Source: a virus | Lineage: Duplodnaviria; Caudoviricetes | Length of the DNA: 57,384 nt | Direction: 5' to 3' (one strand) | IMG/VR virus record: IMGVR_UViG_3300028041_000098 | Span: 1-57,384 of that record | Position numbers and translations under genes: made by a program | In this document: in pieces, positions 1-8,872 of the stretch | Position numbering within the stretch: position 1 is the first letter of the stretch | How the letters are laid out: each line of letters begins with the position of its first letter | Notes under the pieces: generated by a model | Databases searched by the model: none | Told to the model about the DNA's origin: nothing | What the model saw: only the letters and a program-made list of their open reading frames with translations

Positions 1-1284
1 TCACGTCAGATCCGTTTCGGCGCCGTCGAGCGACCCCTCGATTTCCTGAGGAATTTTCGAGGTGTCGGAGGCGAGTACCCCCGGTTCCTGCCCCGGCTTG
101 CCGAACGCCGCCGTGAGGATCTCGTCGAGGTTCAGCACCTGGCCCAGCTCCTCGAGCACGGGCCGCTGCGTGTGGGGCCGCATGTGGGTGTACCCCTGCG
201 TCGTCAGGATGTCCTGTCCCATCGTCGCGGCCCGCTGCGCCTCGGTGAGGTACGGCACCTCAGCGAGCAGCGTCGCCGCGGTGTGCCGGATCGTGTGGAA
301 GGTGACGCCGCCCTTCAGCAGGCCGTACGTGAGGTCGGCCGCCTCGGCGCCGGCGCGGACGGATCCGCGAATCTCCTTGATCGGCTTCCCGCGATACGTG
401 ACGACGTACGCCTGGTCGCGCCGGCGATCGCGTTGGAGCACCTGCAGGAACGCGCGCAGTTGTCGTGAGATCGGCACGACCAGCGGCTGCTGCGTCAGGC
501 CAACCGTCTTGTGTTCCGGCACGGTGATGAACGTGAACGCCGGGTCGAAGCTGGTATCCCAGCGCAGGCCCAGCACGTTTTGCAGTCGCAGCTTCGGCGC
601 GAGTGCGGCGATCGCGATCGCGATCTGCGCGTGCCGCGGCGCGTGCTGCAGCCAGCGGCGGAGCTCGTCGGCCGTCACGGCGACCCGTTTCGTGCGGACG
701 CTGTACCGTTCCACTTTCGCGAAGGGGTTTTCCGTCACGCCGGTCTTCTTCGCGAACTGCGGGCGCATCGCCGTCTTGTACAGGCGGCTCATGATGCTGA
801 TGTAGTGATTGCGCGTCTGCGGGCTGACGGCGCGCTTCGGTCCCTTGCCGGTCCCGACGCGTCGCGCGTCCATCCACTGTTCGAACTTCGTGATCCACGA
901 CGGATCGAGGATCGGATCCGCCATCCGGAGATCGTGGTACGGCTCGCCCTCGATGGGCGGGTTCTTCGGATCGCGCCCTGACGGCCGGCGACCCCAGAAC
1001 CGCAGGACGACGCGGAGCAGGTCGTCGACGCGATCGAGGCGGCGGACCTTGCCCCGCTTTCGGATGTATTCGTAGTAGGTGGCCGCGAACTCCGTGATGT
1101 GCGGGCTGTGCTCCGCGAGCGTCGAGAGCCCGTGCGCGCGTCGGCGGACCTTCCGCTTCTCCTGTTCTTCGAACTCCTCCGCGTCTTCGCGGGTGAGCTG
1201 ACCGGTGGAGCCCTGATACACCTGGCCCTTGTAATAGAACTTATACCGCCAGGCGGCGCGATCCTTCTCCTTCCAGACCGTCAT
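1..1284 (-). CDS. int: Tyrosine recombinase / phage integrase
   Basis: Catalytic motifs LRLQN(R), HKT(K), FHTIRH (HxxR), QGY(Y); arm-binding-like N-terminus WRYKFYYKGQ; ATG at 1284 overlaps upstream stop (ATGA). Confidence 0.93.
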   Translation of the reverse strand: MTVWKEKDRAAWRYKFYYKGQVYQGSTGQLTREDAEEFEEQEKRKVRRRAHGLSTLAEHSPHITEFAATYYEYIRKRGKVRRLDRVDDLLRVVLRFWGRRPSGRDPKNPPIEGEPYHDLRMADPILDPSWITKFEQWMDARRVGTGKGPKRAVSPQTRNHYISIMSRLYKTAMRPQFAKKTGVTENPFAKVERYSVRTKRVAVTADELRRWLQHAPRHAQIAIAIAALAPKLRLQNVLGLRWDTSFDPAFTFITVPEHKTVGLTQQPLVVPISRQLRAFLQVLQRDRRRDQAYVVTYRGKPIKEIRGSVRAGAEAADLTYGLLKGGVTFHTIRHTAATLLAEVPYLTEAQRAATMGQDILTTQGYTHMRPHTQRPVLEELGQVLNLDEILTAAFGKPGQEPGVLASDTSKIPQEIEGSLDGAETDLT

Positions 1285-1553
1285 GATGACGACGACGATG
1301 CCACAGGATCCGTCCAGCCGAGGGCGAGTGCGGCCGCCTTCCACCGTTCGGCTGTGTCGAACACGTCCTCCTGGGAGCGGCATACCTGCGTTCGCCGCAC
1401 GTCGCCCGACGTTTCGAGGCGGAGCTCCCAGCCGAACTGGTGCGTGAATAGCCGGCAGACGGCCGTGCGCTCACCCTTCACCAGGCGGAAGTACTCGCCC
1501 TGGTCGAGCGGTTCGCCGTGCCAGTCGGGACGCTGAAGCACCTGCATCGCCAT
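1281..1553 (-). CDS. Small hypothetical protein (90 aa), coupled to integrase
   Basis: RBS GAGGTG upstream, ATGA overlap with int, protein-like composition. Confidence 0.75.
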   Translation of the reverse strand: MAMQVLQRPDWHGEPLDQGEYFRLVKGERTAVCRLFTHQFGWELRLETSGDVRRTQVCRSQEDVFDTAERWKAAALALGWTDPVASSSSS

Positions 1554-1983
1554 CGATCACCTCGTGTCGCCGCAGCCAGTCCAGTCGCCGACGGCAGCCG
1601 ACCGTCGGCCACGAGCGCAACGCGAGCTCGTAGAAGTGCATCGCGGCGTCGACATGGCCGCGGCGCTCCGCCAGCTCCCCAAGTTTCCGTTGCGCCTCGG
1701 CTCGGGTTTTTCGCTCGGCCGTCAGATCCAGGGCGAAGCCGCTCTCGGCGAGCGCACCGTGGAAATGCTCGAAGTACTCACGCAGCCGGTGCCCGTACTT
1801 GTTCAGGTGTTCGCGTTCCTGCGCCAGGATCTCCATCAGCGCGGCCACCGCGAGGCGGAGATCCGGATCGACCCCGATGGCCAATTCGACGGCCGGCTCC
1901 GGTTCGATGCCCGCTCGGCGCAGGAGGTCATCGGCCGTTGAGGGGCGCCGGCGAACCTGACGGACGCGCTCTGTCACGATCAC
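1471..1983 (-). CDS. Hypothetical protein with single TPR-like repeat
   Basis: AEAQRKLGELAERRGHVDAAMHFYELAL fits TPR consensus. Confidence 0.65.
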   Translation of the reverse strand: MIVTERVRQVRRRPSTADDLLRRAGIEPEPAVELAIGVDPDLRLAVAALMEILAQEREHLNKYGHRLREYFEHFHGALAESGFALDLTAERKTRAEAQRKLGELAERRGHVDAAMHFYELALRSWPTVGCRRRLDWLRRHEVIDGDAGASASRLARRTARPGRVLPPGEG

Positions 1984-2078
1984 CTGCTACGCTTCACTCT
2001 GCTACCCTCTCCCCGTATGGCCGAACGCGAGCGGATTCTCGACGTGATCGAGTCCTTGATCGTGCAGACGGAGGAATG

Positions 2079-2681
2079 ATGTACAACCGGCTCCGCCGTC
2101 TGTATAACGAGCTGTTCGCGCCGCCCCGCCGGCGTCGCCGTGTCCCCGCTGACGAACTGGAGGAACTCTTCGAAACCCACACGGCACCAGAACTCCTGGA
2201 GGAGCTCTTCGCGTTCGGGCAGTTGATGCTCGACGAGGTCGCCGGCCGCACCGTCGTCATCGAAGGCAAGGCGACGAGCGTCCTGGGCTGGACGACCGCG
2301 CTGCTGGCCCTGTTCGTGCTGCAACCGCCAACTCCCCTCGCGGCGCTCTCGCTGACCGAAGCCGTCCTCACTGCCCTCGGCGTGTCCGGCGCGATCGCCG
2401 CATTGATTGCCAGCGCGCTGGCGCTGCGCGTGCAGGACTGGGACTGGCCGAGTCAGCAGGACTGGCTCCGCTCGGCCATCTTCGATGACCCGACACTCCT
2501 GCGGCAGTACCACATCGTTTCGATGCTCGAGACGCACGAGGCGCACGCATGCGTGAACGAGAAGAAAGCCCGGGCGCTCAAGTTCGCTCAAGCGGGCCTG
2601 ATCCTCGCTGGCCTGTGTCTCGGGCTCCAGCTGGTGGCAGCGCTCGTCTTCCAATGGTGGACGGCGCCGCCACCCGGATAG
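2079..2681 (+). CDS. Three-TM membrane protein (PycTM/DUF5706-like architecture)
   Basis: GGAGG RBS; EGKATSVL before TM1, two adjacent TMs, soluble loop, NEKKARAL before TM3. Confidence 0.7.
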   Translation: MYNRLRRLYNELFAPPRRRRRVPADELEELFETHTAPELLEELFAFGQLMLDEVAGRTVVIEGKATSVLGWTTALLALFVLQPPTPLAALSLTEAVLTALGVSGAIAALIASALALRVQDWDWPSQQDWLRSAIFDDPTLLRQYHIVSMLETHEAHACVNEKKARALKFAQAGLILAGLCLGLQLVAALVFQWWTAPPPG

Positions 2682-2683
2682 AC

Positions 2684-2794
2684 CTACCCCTTCGACGGCC
2701 GAGGCGGAGGCGTCGGCTTCGGTCGCTGTGTTCCGGTTGAGGGTCCCTTCACGACGGTGTCCGGCCGCCGCGGCGGAATCTTCGACTTACTCAC
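2684..2794 (-). CDS. Pro-rich micropeptide B (36 aa, MSKSKIPPRRPDTVVKGPSTGTQRPKPTPPPRPSKG)
   Basis: Manual translation; GTGA start/stop overlap with peptide A; paralogous to A. Confidence 0.65.
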   Translation of the reverse strand: MSKSKIPPRRPDTVVKGPSTGTQRPKPTPPPRPSKG

Positions 2795-2922
2795 GACTTC
2801 TTCTCGTCCTGGTCGCGAGGCGGGGGCGGCGGCTGCGGCGTGGGAATCGTCCCTTCGACAATTGTGCGCTGGACCGTATCCGGCAGCCGCGCCGGAATCT
2901 TCGGCTTGCCCTTGTCAGCCAT
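2791..2922 (-). CDS. Pro-rich micropeptide A (43 aa, MADKGKPKIPARLPDTVQRTIVEGTIPTPQPPPPPRDQDEKKS)
   Basis: Manual translation; AAAGAGGA RBS before ATG; below ORF-track size cutoff. Confidence 0.7.
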   Translation of the reverse strand: MADKGKPKIPARLPDTVQRTIVEGTIPTPQPPPPPRDQDEKKS

Positions 2923-3024
2923 TGGCGTCCTCTTTCTTGAATCATCGCGCGGAAGATTGCAGCCTCCCCGCCGATCTGTGGGTCTCCCCCGGTTTCACAT
3001 ACTGGCGAGAATCTCAGCCTTCGC

Positions 3025-3591
3025 TTAGGCGCTACAACTCCACCCGGCTGTCTTTTCGACCATGTCGAATCCACGTACGTCAAAGGAACCTTCGGAGCCT
3101 TCGAACGGCTGTCCGAGTGAAAGGCGGTAGACCATGCGTCGGCTGCTTCGAAGAAGCGCTACGATGGCCTTCCCCGCCGCTGCAATCTGTGGCGCTCCAG
3201 GACTGCTTGTAAGCGTCTCGGCGTCAACGACACCGAGGATGAAATTTCCGTCTGCGTTCGAGCCGCCGATGTTCCTGATGAGTACTGCCTGCTCGATGTG
3301 GCGCAACGCGTAGAGCTCGGCGTCGGCCTTGTCGAATCTGATTTCGATTAGTGGTGGTCCAGACGTTCGCGTCGACTTTGGCAACGTAACGAACGCCACG
3401 TACTGATTGTTGTCGTTGCAAAACACCCGAAGTGATGCGGCCTTGTTCGAGGAGGCTAGCACCATGGTGGTGACCTTCTCATCTGTCATCGGATCGACGC
3501 TGCGCTGTACGCGCCATGCCGTCTGCGTCTGTGCAACGTTGATTTCCGCCGGGACGAGGCTAAGCATGAGAAGAGCTGGTGCCGCGCGCAT
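3025..3591 (-). CDS. Exported protein (signal peptide, W...DPMTD motif), lysogenic moron
   Basis: Hydrophobic N-terminus ending NVA-Q; more A/T-ending codons than flanks. Confidence 0.7.
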   Translation of the reverse strand: MRAAPALLMLSLVPAEINVAQTQTAWRVQRSVDPMTDEKVTTMVLASSNKAASLRVFCNDNNQYVAFVTLPKSTRTSGPPLIEIRFDKADAELYALRHIEQAVLIRNIGGSNADGNFILGVVDAETLTSSPGAPQIAAAGKAIVALLRSSRRMVYRLSLGQPFEGSEGSFDVRGFDMVEKTAGWSCSA

Positions 3592-3886
3592 CAGAGATCC
3601 CCTTTACAAGACGCAACGATGTCTGAACTTCGCTTGCCGCCGGCGAGCCCCGATGTGTCCGCTGATTCGTCAGCTCTTGGATCAAATCGTCGAACGCCTC
3701 GTGCGCTGCAGCCACCGCACCGCGGCGACGGTTGGCCGCGCGTACGAGCGACCGCAACAGCTCCGGCGCGACGATTTCAAGCCGGTCGAAGGCGCGCTGC
3801 GCTGCCCTGAGGTCTTTCACCAATTGCGCGTACTCAGGCCCGGATAGAGAGCTGCGGATCGTGACTTCCAGTTTGGTCTTGCTCAT
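3560..3886 (-). CDS. Hypothetical protein in repressor operon
   Basis: GAGGAGG RBS directly after repressor stop. Confidence 0.6.
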   Translation of the reverse strand: MSKTKLEVTIRSSLSGPEYAQLVKDLRAAQRAFDRLEIVAPELLRSLVRAANRRRGAVAAAHEAFDDLIQELTNQRTHRGSPAASEVQTSLRLVKGISDARGTSSSHA

Positions 3887-3894
3887 CGGCCTCC

Positions 3895-4434
3895 TCAGGC
3901 GCGGCGGCGCTCCCTAGCCGCAAGCCTGCCCTCGATCAACAGCTGGATGGCACTTCGCTCTTCGTCAGTCAATGACTGCCAGTCTTGGAGGAGTGTCGCC
4001 TCCGCTTCGTCCCGCGTCGGCTGCTTCGGCCACAGGTGCGTCGTCATGCCCATCAGCGTGCTGATTTCAGCGGTCAAGTTGAGCAGCCGCGTGACCTGGT
4101 CAGAGGACAGTTCTTCGACGATTACATGCTCGTCGTCACCAGGGCCGATCTCACGCAGCAACTGACGGAGCTCCGCGAGTTTGTCGTTGAGGTACTCGCC
4201 GCGAGCGATCTCCGCTCGGTCGTACTCCTCATCGACGCCGCGCAATAGATCACCGATGCTGCAGTTCAACGCCTTCGCGAGTTTGAATAGGGTGGGCGTT
4301 TCCGGCAGGCCACGCTTGTCGTTCTCCCACGCGGATACGACCGACGGAGCAACCCCAATCTTCTTCGCGAGCTGTCCGGCACGCATGGCGCGCCCCATTC
4401 GCAACCTGCGTACGTTCGCACCGAAGCTCGCCAC
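3895..4434 (-). CDS. CI-like XRE HTH repressor (no S24 peptidase domain visible)
   Basis: FGANVRRLR...QLAKKIGVAPSVVSAWENDKRGLP...LAKALNCSIGDLL; divergent from cro-like gene; GTG 4434 inferred from promoter position. Confidence 0.9.
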   Translation of the reverse strand: MASFGANVRRLRMGRAMRAGQLAKKIGVAPSVVSAWENDKRGLPETPTLFKLAKALNCSIGDLLRGVDEEYDRAEIARGEYLNDKLAELRQLLREIGPGDDEHVIVEELSSDQVTRLLNLTAEISTLMGMTTHLWPKQPTRDEAEATLLQDWQSLTDEERSAIQLLIEGRLAARERRRA

Positions 4435-4441
4435 GCAGAGA

Positions 4442-4470
4442 ACGATAGCCCCAGAGCTATAAGCGCGCAA
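4442..4470 (-). promoter_or_regulatory. Repressor promoter, probably leaderless
   Basis: TTGCGC-17 nt-TATCGT-7 nt-GTG on minus strand, no SD. Confidence 0.6.
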
Positions 4471-4479
4471 TATTTTTTC

Positions 4480-4598
4480 GCCTGTAAGTTCCTGTAACGA
4501 CGCCACTTAGCCTGAAAGGTTGCGACAGCCTGAACTCACAGGCTATTTTTTCGCTTGACTGCTACGAACGGCGGCAGCAAACTTCGCCTGTGAGTTCA
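4480..4598. promoter_or_regulatory. Operator array of genetic switch
   Basis: Palindrome AGCCTG-N6-CAGGCT at 4527-4544; related GCCTGTAAGTTC (4480), AGCCTGAA (4509), GCCTGTGAGTTCA (4586). Confidence 0.7.
4555..4583 (+). promoter_or_regulatory. Early lytic promoter, probably leaderless
   Basis: TTGACT-17 nt-CAAACT-6 nt-GTG(4590). Confidence 0.55.
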
Positions 4599-4883
4599 CA
4601 CCAGCAGCGCCGACCACTTACCGCTGAACAGCTGGAGGCACTTCGTGCCGTGCCCCTTGGCGCGATGCCAAACAAGATCCGAATCGCTCTCGCGCTCGTC
4701 AAGGCGCGACAGGCCGACGTCGCCGAGGCCACGGGAATCCCGGCCCCGAACGTCAGCAACATCGTGAACGGCCGTCCGGTGATGCTCGACACGGCCAGAA
4801 AGCTCGCGGAGTTCTTCGGCTGCCAGATCGAAGACCTGTTCCCTGGCACTACCGAAGATCGCCGTCAGCGGGTGAGCGCCTGA
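4590..4883 (+). CDS. Cro-like XRE HTH regulator
   Basis: RQADVAEATGIPAPNVSNIVNG...ARKLAEFFGCQIEDLF. Confidence 0.88.
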   Translation: MSSHQQRRPLTAEQLEALRAVPLGAMPNKIRIALALVKARQADVAEATGIPAPNVSNIVNGRPVMLDTARKLAEFFGCQIEDLFPGTTEDRRQRVSA

Positions 4884-5173
4884 TGACGCTCCAGGCTGCG
4901 TTCCAGTCGTGCGGTCGCCAGCCGCAGCGCGCGCTGCGCGCGGAGCACCGCCGCGTAGTCCGCGAGCAGCTCGGCGTCTGTTTCGGGTGCGGCGTCTCGC
5001 TCGGCCAGCATTTCGACGATCGCAACAACTTCCTGCCGTGCGGCGATCCGCGCGTGCGGTCCGCGCGCGTGCAGCGTGGGCTCCATGACGCGCTCGACGG
5101 TATCCACCAGGCGCGCCCCACGTCGAGAGCAAACACCGGCGAAGAAAGCCGAAAGCCGCGGAGGTCCCGCTGA
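4883..5173 (+). CDS. Hypothetical Cys-containing protein
   Basis: TGATG coupling at both ends. Confidence 0.6.
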   Translation: MTLQAAFQSCGRQPQRALRAEHRRVVREQLGVCFGCGVSLGQHFDDRNNFLPCGDPRVRSARVQRGLHDALDGIHQARPTSRANTGEESRKPRRSR

Positions 5174-5394
5174 TGGACGTCCTCGATCTGATCGTCGCGC
5201 AGCGGAACTTCGAGTCAGCCGCGGCCTCGGCGCACACCGCGCTGTTTCGGGCGGAGCAGGTGCTCCACGAGCGCGCGCTCCGCACGTCGACGGCCATCGC
5301 GCAGACGCGCGCGGCGATCGCCGACGCGATCCGCGCCTGTGACGCGATCCTGGCGCAGCTCGAGACGAACGGCGGGAACGGAGCCGCGGCGTGA
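5173..5394 (+). CDS. Hypothetical helical protein
   Basis: GGAGG RBS, coupled start/stop. Confidence 0.65.
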   Translation: MDVLDLIVAQRNFESAAASAHTALFRAEQVLHERALRTSTAIAQTRAAIADAIRACDAILAQLETNGGNGAAA

Positions 5395-5612
5395 GGACCG
5401 TCCTGAGGAACCGCGCAGCGTGGGAGGCCTTCGTGACGGCGGTGCATGCCGGACTCGAGGCGGTCGGCATCGAGCGCGACTACTTCAGCGTGTACGACCT
5501 GCAGCACCTCGCCCGCGCGCGGTACACGGCGGCGCAGGTCGTGGCGCTCGCGCGCGCAGCCGTCGCGAGCGACTTCCGCACGCGCACCGAACGAGAGGCG
5601 GCGCGGCCATGA
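5391..5612 (+). CDS. Hypothetical protein
   Basis: GTGA/ATGA overlaps. Confidence 0.65.
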   Translation: MRTVLRNRAAWEAFVTAVHAGLEAVGIERDYFSVYDLQHLARARYTAAQVVALARAAVASDFRTRTEREAARP

Positions 5613-6163
5613 CGCTGCAGAACCGCCTGGAGTGTCAGCTGCGCACGCCCTGCACGCCGCGGACGGCGCGGGAGTACGCACACTGCACGCTGCGTCATAC
5701 CGCGGCCGTGCCCCTCGAACAGATCGCCGCCGCCACCGCGATCCCGGTGAAGCGGCTGATGAAGATCTCCGCCCCGCAGGGGGACACACAGGCGAAGCCC
5801 GAGGAGATCGCGGCGATCTGCCGCTGCACGCGGCGGTACGAGTGGCTGCGCTTCTACGTCCGGCAGGCCGGCTGCGAGTTGTTCGAGCTACCCGACGTCG
5901 CCGGCGCCGGCGCTGATGCCGAGGTCCTGGAGCAGGCCGCCGCGTCCCTGCGGTCGCTGTCAACGGTCGTCGACACGCTGCGGACGATCACGGCGGCCGA
6001 TTCGGCCCGCGGCCATCGGATCAGCACCGAGGAACGGGCGGTGTTCAAGGACGTGGTCGGGCAGCACATGGCGGTCGTCGCGCGCCTCGAGGCGTGGGTG
6101 GACGCGCAATCCGACGCGCCGCTCAATCCCGTCGCCGTGGTGCAGATGCGGAGGGCGAACTGA
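5609..6163 (+). CDS. CII-like phage regulatory protein
   Basis: N-terminal HTH-like part, QAGCELFELP linker, C-terminal helical domain with RISTEER; position after cro. Confidence 0.6.
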   Translation: MTLQNRLECQLRTPCTPRTAREYAHCTLRHTAAVPLEQIAAATAIPVKRLMKISAPQGDTQAKPEEIAAICRCTRRYEWLRFYVRQAGCELFELPDVAGAGADAEVLEQAAASLRSLSTVVDTLRTITAADSARGHRISTEERAVFKDVVGQHMAVVARLEAWVDAQSDAPLNPVAVVQMRRAN

Positions 6164-6360
6164 TGGTACCCGCACACCTGCGGCCGCGGGCCCGACGCGT
6201 CGTGCGACTCGCCGTCGAGAAGGTGGGCCAGGCGACGTGCAGGCACACGTACGCACTCGTGATCTTCCGCGGCCGCATGTTCCTGCGCTGCAGCGCCTGC
6301 AATCGCGAAACGCGCGGCTTCGTGGTTTACGAACCGCTGAAAGGGCAGGGCGACTCATGA
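6163..6360 (+). CDS. Small Zn-binding hypothetical protein
   Basis: CRH...CSAC; coupled starts. Confidence 0.65.
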   Translation: MVPAHLRPRARRVVRLAVEKVGQATCRHTYALVIFRGRMFLRCSACNRETRGFVVYEPLKGQGDS

Positions 6361-6674
6361 GCCGCACGACCCTCGAGCGGCTCCTGACGATCAACGAGCT
6401 CGCCGAGCAGCTCGGCTGGCCGGCCGACTACGTCCGGGAGCTCGTCGCGACGAAGCAGATTCCGCACGTCCGCACCCCGAGCACCCGGAAGGGCCGCGCG
6501 ATCCATACCGGCGGCCGCGGCCGCATCTACTTCGAGCCGTCGGCGATCCGCGCCTGGCTCGACGAGCGGAGCCACCACGTGGATCGTCGGCGCACGCCGG
6601 CGGCAGCCGTGGATCCGGAGCGGTTGGCGGAATGCGAGGAGCTGGGGATCCCCGTGGATCACAGGTATTCGTGA
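6357..6674 (+). CDS. Excisionase-like HTH_17 DNA-binding protein
   Basis: LLTINELAEQLG...IPHVR...RIYFEPSAIRAWL. Confidence 0.8.
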   Translation: MSRTTLERLLTINELAEQLGWPADYVRELVATKQIPHVRTPSTRKGRAIHTGGRGRIYFEPSAIRAWLDERSHHVDRRRTPAAAVDPERLAECEELGIPVDHRYS

Positions 6675-7120
6675 TGCCGCACAACGTCCACATCCGCATC
6701 GACGCGCAGTGCGAGGAGTGCGGTGCAACGTTCTCCGCGCGACGCTCGAAGCGGAACGCCGGCGGGGCTCGATTCTGTCGTCGCGGCTGCGCCGCGAAGC
6801 GCCACTGGCGTCGTCGTCGGGAGCAGATCGAAGCGCTGCTCCTCGAGCGCCGCGAGATCACGGCTGACGGCTGTTGGAACTACACGAGGTCAGTGGACTC
6901 CGGTGGGTACGGCCAGATCGCTCTCGGTCTGCGAACAGCCGAGGGGCATTGCCGGCCGCTGCGCGTCCATCGCCTGGCGTGGGAGTTGTTCCGCGGCGCG
7001 ATTCCCACAGGTCTGACGATCGACCACCTGTGCCGCAACCGTCGGTGCTTCAACCCCGACCATCTGGAGCCGGTGACCTTGGAGGAGAACTCGCGGAGGG
7101 CCAGAACGGCCACCGCCTAA
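6674..7120 (+). CDS. HNH endonuclease with N-terminal Zn finger
   Basis: CWNY...GYG...VHRLAW...IDHLCRNRRCFNPDHLEPVTLEEN. Confidence 0.92.
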   Translation: MPHNVHIRIDAQCEECGATFSARRSKRNAGGARFCRRGCAAKRHWRRRREQIEALLLERREITADGCWNYTRSVDSGGYGQIALGLRTAEGHCRPLRVHRLAWELFRGAIPTGLTIDHLCRNRRCFNPDHLEPVTLEENSRRARTATA

Positions 7121-7125
7121 ACGAA

Positions 7126-7158
7126 GGGGTCCGCTGACCCTGCACGGCAGCGGACCCC
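7126..7158 (+). promoter_or_regulatory. Intergenic 11-bp perfect hairpin before RBS
   Basis: GGGGTCCGCTG / CAGCGGACCCC. Confidence 0.5.
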
Positions 7159-7172
7159 GAGGACCGAACGCG

Positions 7173-7676
7173 ATGCCTCATCAGAGTACAAAAGTCACGC
7201 CGTTTTCGCCAGCGCCGCTCCGGGAGTACGCCCGCGAGGCGGTGGCGGCCGCTCGCTGCGACCAGCGCCACGGTGTCCTGGCCTGGCGGATCGCGAGCCA
7301 CCTGGTGGGCCAGGTCCGGACGCTGACCGGTCGTCCCTCGGCGGAGCTGTCCCAGGTGCCGCCGGCGGAACGCGAGTTCTACATCGGCCTCGCCCAGGCG
7401 GCGATCGCGCTCATGGAGTCGATCGACGGAGAGGCGCCGCCCACGGCGACGGAGATCCTCCGCTACGAACAGCGCAAAGCGCTGGCGCTCGCGCGCGCGA
7501 AGGCGCGCGCCGACGCGCGCCGCTTCGGCCACGAGATGGACGTCTGGCGGCCGAGCGATCCCGGGTACGAGCTGTCCACCTGCCGGCGCTGCGGCGCCGG
7601 CGTCACCCTCCACCTCGAGTCGGCGGGGATCTCCGCCGCGCGGCAGCTGGAGCTGCCGTGTCAGATCGCGCGGTAG
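7173..7676 (+). CDS. Hypothetical protein (C-terminal H/CxxC/C)
   Basis: GAGGA RBS, GC3-rich codons. Confidence 0.7.
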   Translation: MPHQSTKVTPFSPAPLREYAREAVAAARCDQRHGVLAWRIASHLVGQVRTLTGRPSAELSQVPPAEREFYIGLAQAAIALMESIDGEAPPTATEILRYEQRKALALARAKARADARRFGHEMDVWRPSDPGYELSTCRRCGAGVTLHLESAGISAARQLELPCQIAR

Positions 7677-7690
7677 CGCAGAGGAGCGTC

Positions 7691-8860
7691 ATGAGCACAG
7701 CAGTCCAGGAACAGGAACAGGTCAGGCCGGCGGAGGGTACCGCCGCCGAGGAGATGCAACTCGAGAAGCGCAGCGCGGCCGCCTCCATCGGGTTCGGCAT
7801 GACGGCGCGCAACTGGGACGAGGGGTTGCGGATCGCCCGGCAGCTCGCCACCTCCACGCTCGTGCCAAAGAGCTACCAGGGCAAGCCGGAGGACATCGTC
7901 GTCGCCATGCAGCTCGGGGCGGAGATCGGGCTGCCGCCGATGCAGTCGCTCCAGTCGATCGCGGTCATCAACGGGAAGCCTGGCGTGTACGGGGACGGCT
8001 TCATGGCCGTGATCATGTCCTCGCCGAGCTACGCGAAACACGACGAGTACTACCTCGTCAACGGTGAGCGGCGCGACATCGTCGGTCCGAAGGACCTTGA
8101 GCTCGACGACACCACGGCTGTCACGAGCTTCTGGCGCAAGGGCAATCCGAACCCGTTTACCGGCACGTTCTCGGTCGCCGATGCGAAGCGGGCGAAGCTG
8201 TGGGGCAAGGAAGGCCCCTGGGCCAACTACCCGGCGCGGCAGATGCGGTGGCGAGCCCGCTCCTGGGCGGGTCGCGACGCCTTCGCCGCAGAACTGCGCG
8301 GCATGGGGTCGGCCGAGGAGCTCCGCGACATCCCGCCAGACGAACTCGAGGTTCAGTCACAGGCGATTCCTGAACCCGTCCGCCGCAGCGAGAAGGCGGC
8401 CGCGGCCTCGCCGACGCCGGCGGGCAGCAGCGCGGCCGCGAGCCAGGATCCCGTCCTCCAGACCGAGCTCCCGCCGGCCGGCGAGTCGCACCACGCCTCG
8501 CCGGAGAAGCCGGCACGCGAGGTGGCGGCGACGGCGAAGTCTGCCGGCCGCGGTTCGACGCAGCAGAAGCCTTCAGCTTCGAACACCGGTCCCACGGTCG
8601 AGACGAAGTCGATGGTCATCACCGACGTCGTGTACTGCACGCCCAAGGGCGAGGATCCGTACACGGAGATCAGCGCGACGGTGAAAGAGCAGGGGAAGGC
8701 GCCGATCGGCATGGTCTTCACCACGCGTGACAAGGCGCTGGCGGACATCGCGGCGTCGTGCGAGGGCACCGACACGCTCGTCAACATCACCTGGCACGGG
8801 GCCACCCGGCCGAACGGGAAGGCCTGCAAGGTGCTCGAGCGGATCGTCTCCGCCAGCTAG
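7691..8860 (+). CDS. RecT/Redbeta-like single-strand annealing protein
   Basis: VPKSYQGKPEDIVVAMQLGAEIGLPPMQSLQSIAVINGKP...GPWANYPARQMRWRA...DAFA. Confidence 0.85.
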   Translation: MSTAVQEQEQVRPAEGTAAEEMQLEKRSAAASIGFGMTARNWDEGLRIARQLATSTLVPKSYQGKPEDIVVAMQLGAEIGLPPMQSLQSIAVINGKPGVYGDGFMAVIMSSPSYAKHDEYYLVNGERRDIVGPKDLELDDTTAVTSFWRKGNPNPFTGTFSVADAKRAKLWGKEGPWANYPARQMRWRARSWAGRDAFAAELRGMGSAEELRDIPPDELEVQSQAIPEPVRRSEKAAAASPTPAGSSAAASQDPVLQTELPPAGESHHASPEKPAREVAATAKSAGRGSTQQKPSASNTGPTVETKSMVITDVVYCTPKGEDPYTEISATVKEQGKAPIGMVFTTRDKALADIAASCEGTDTLVNITWHGATRPNGKACKVLERIVSAS

Positions 8861-8872
8861 ACGAGGCGCCTC

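Noticed and set aside
1285-1383. N-terminal extension of integrase in ORF track
   Set aside because: Overlaps the upstream gene; ATG 1284 with ATGA coupling is more plausible
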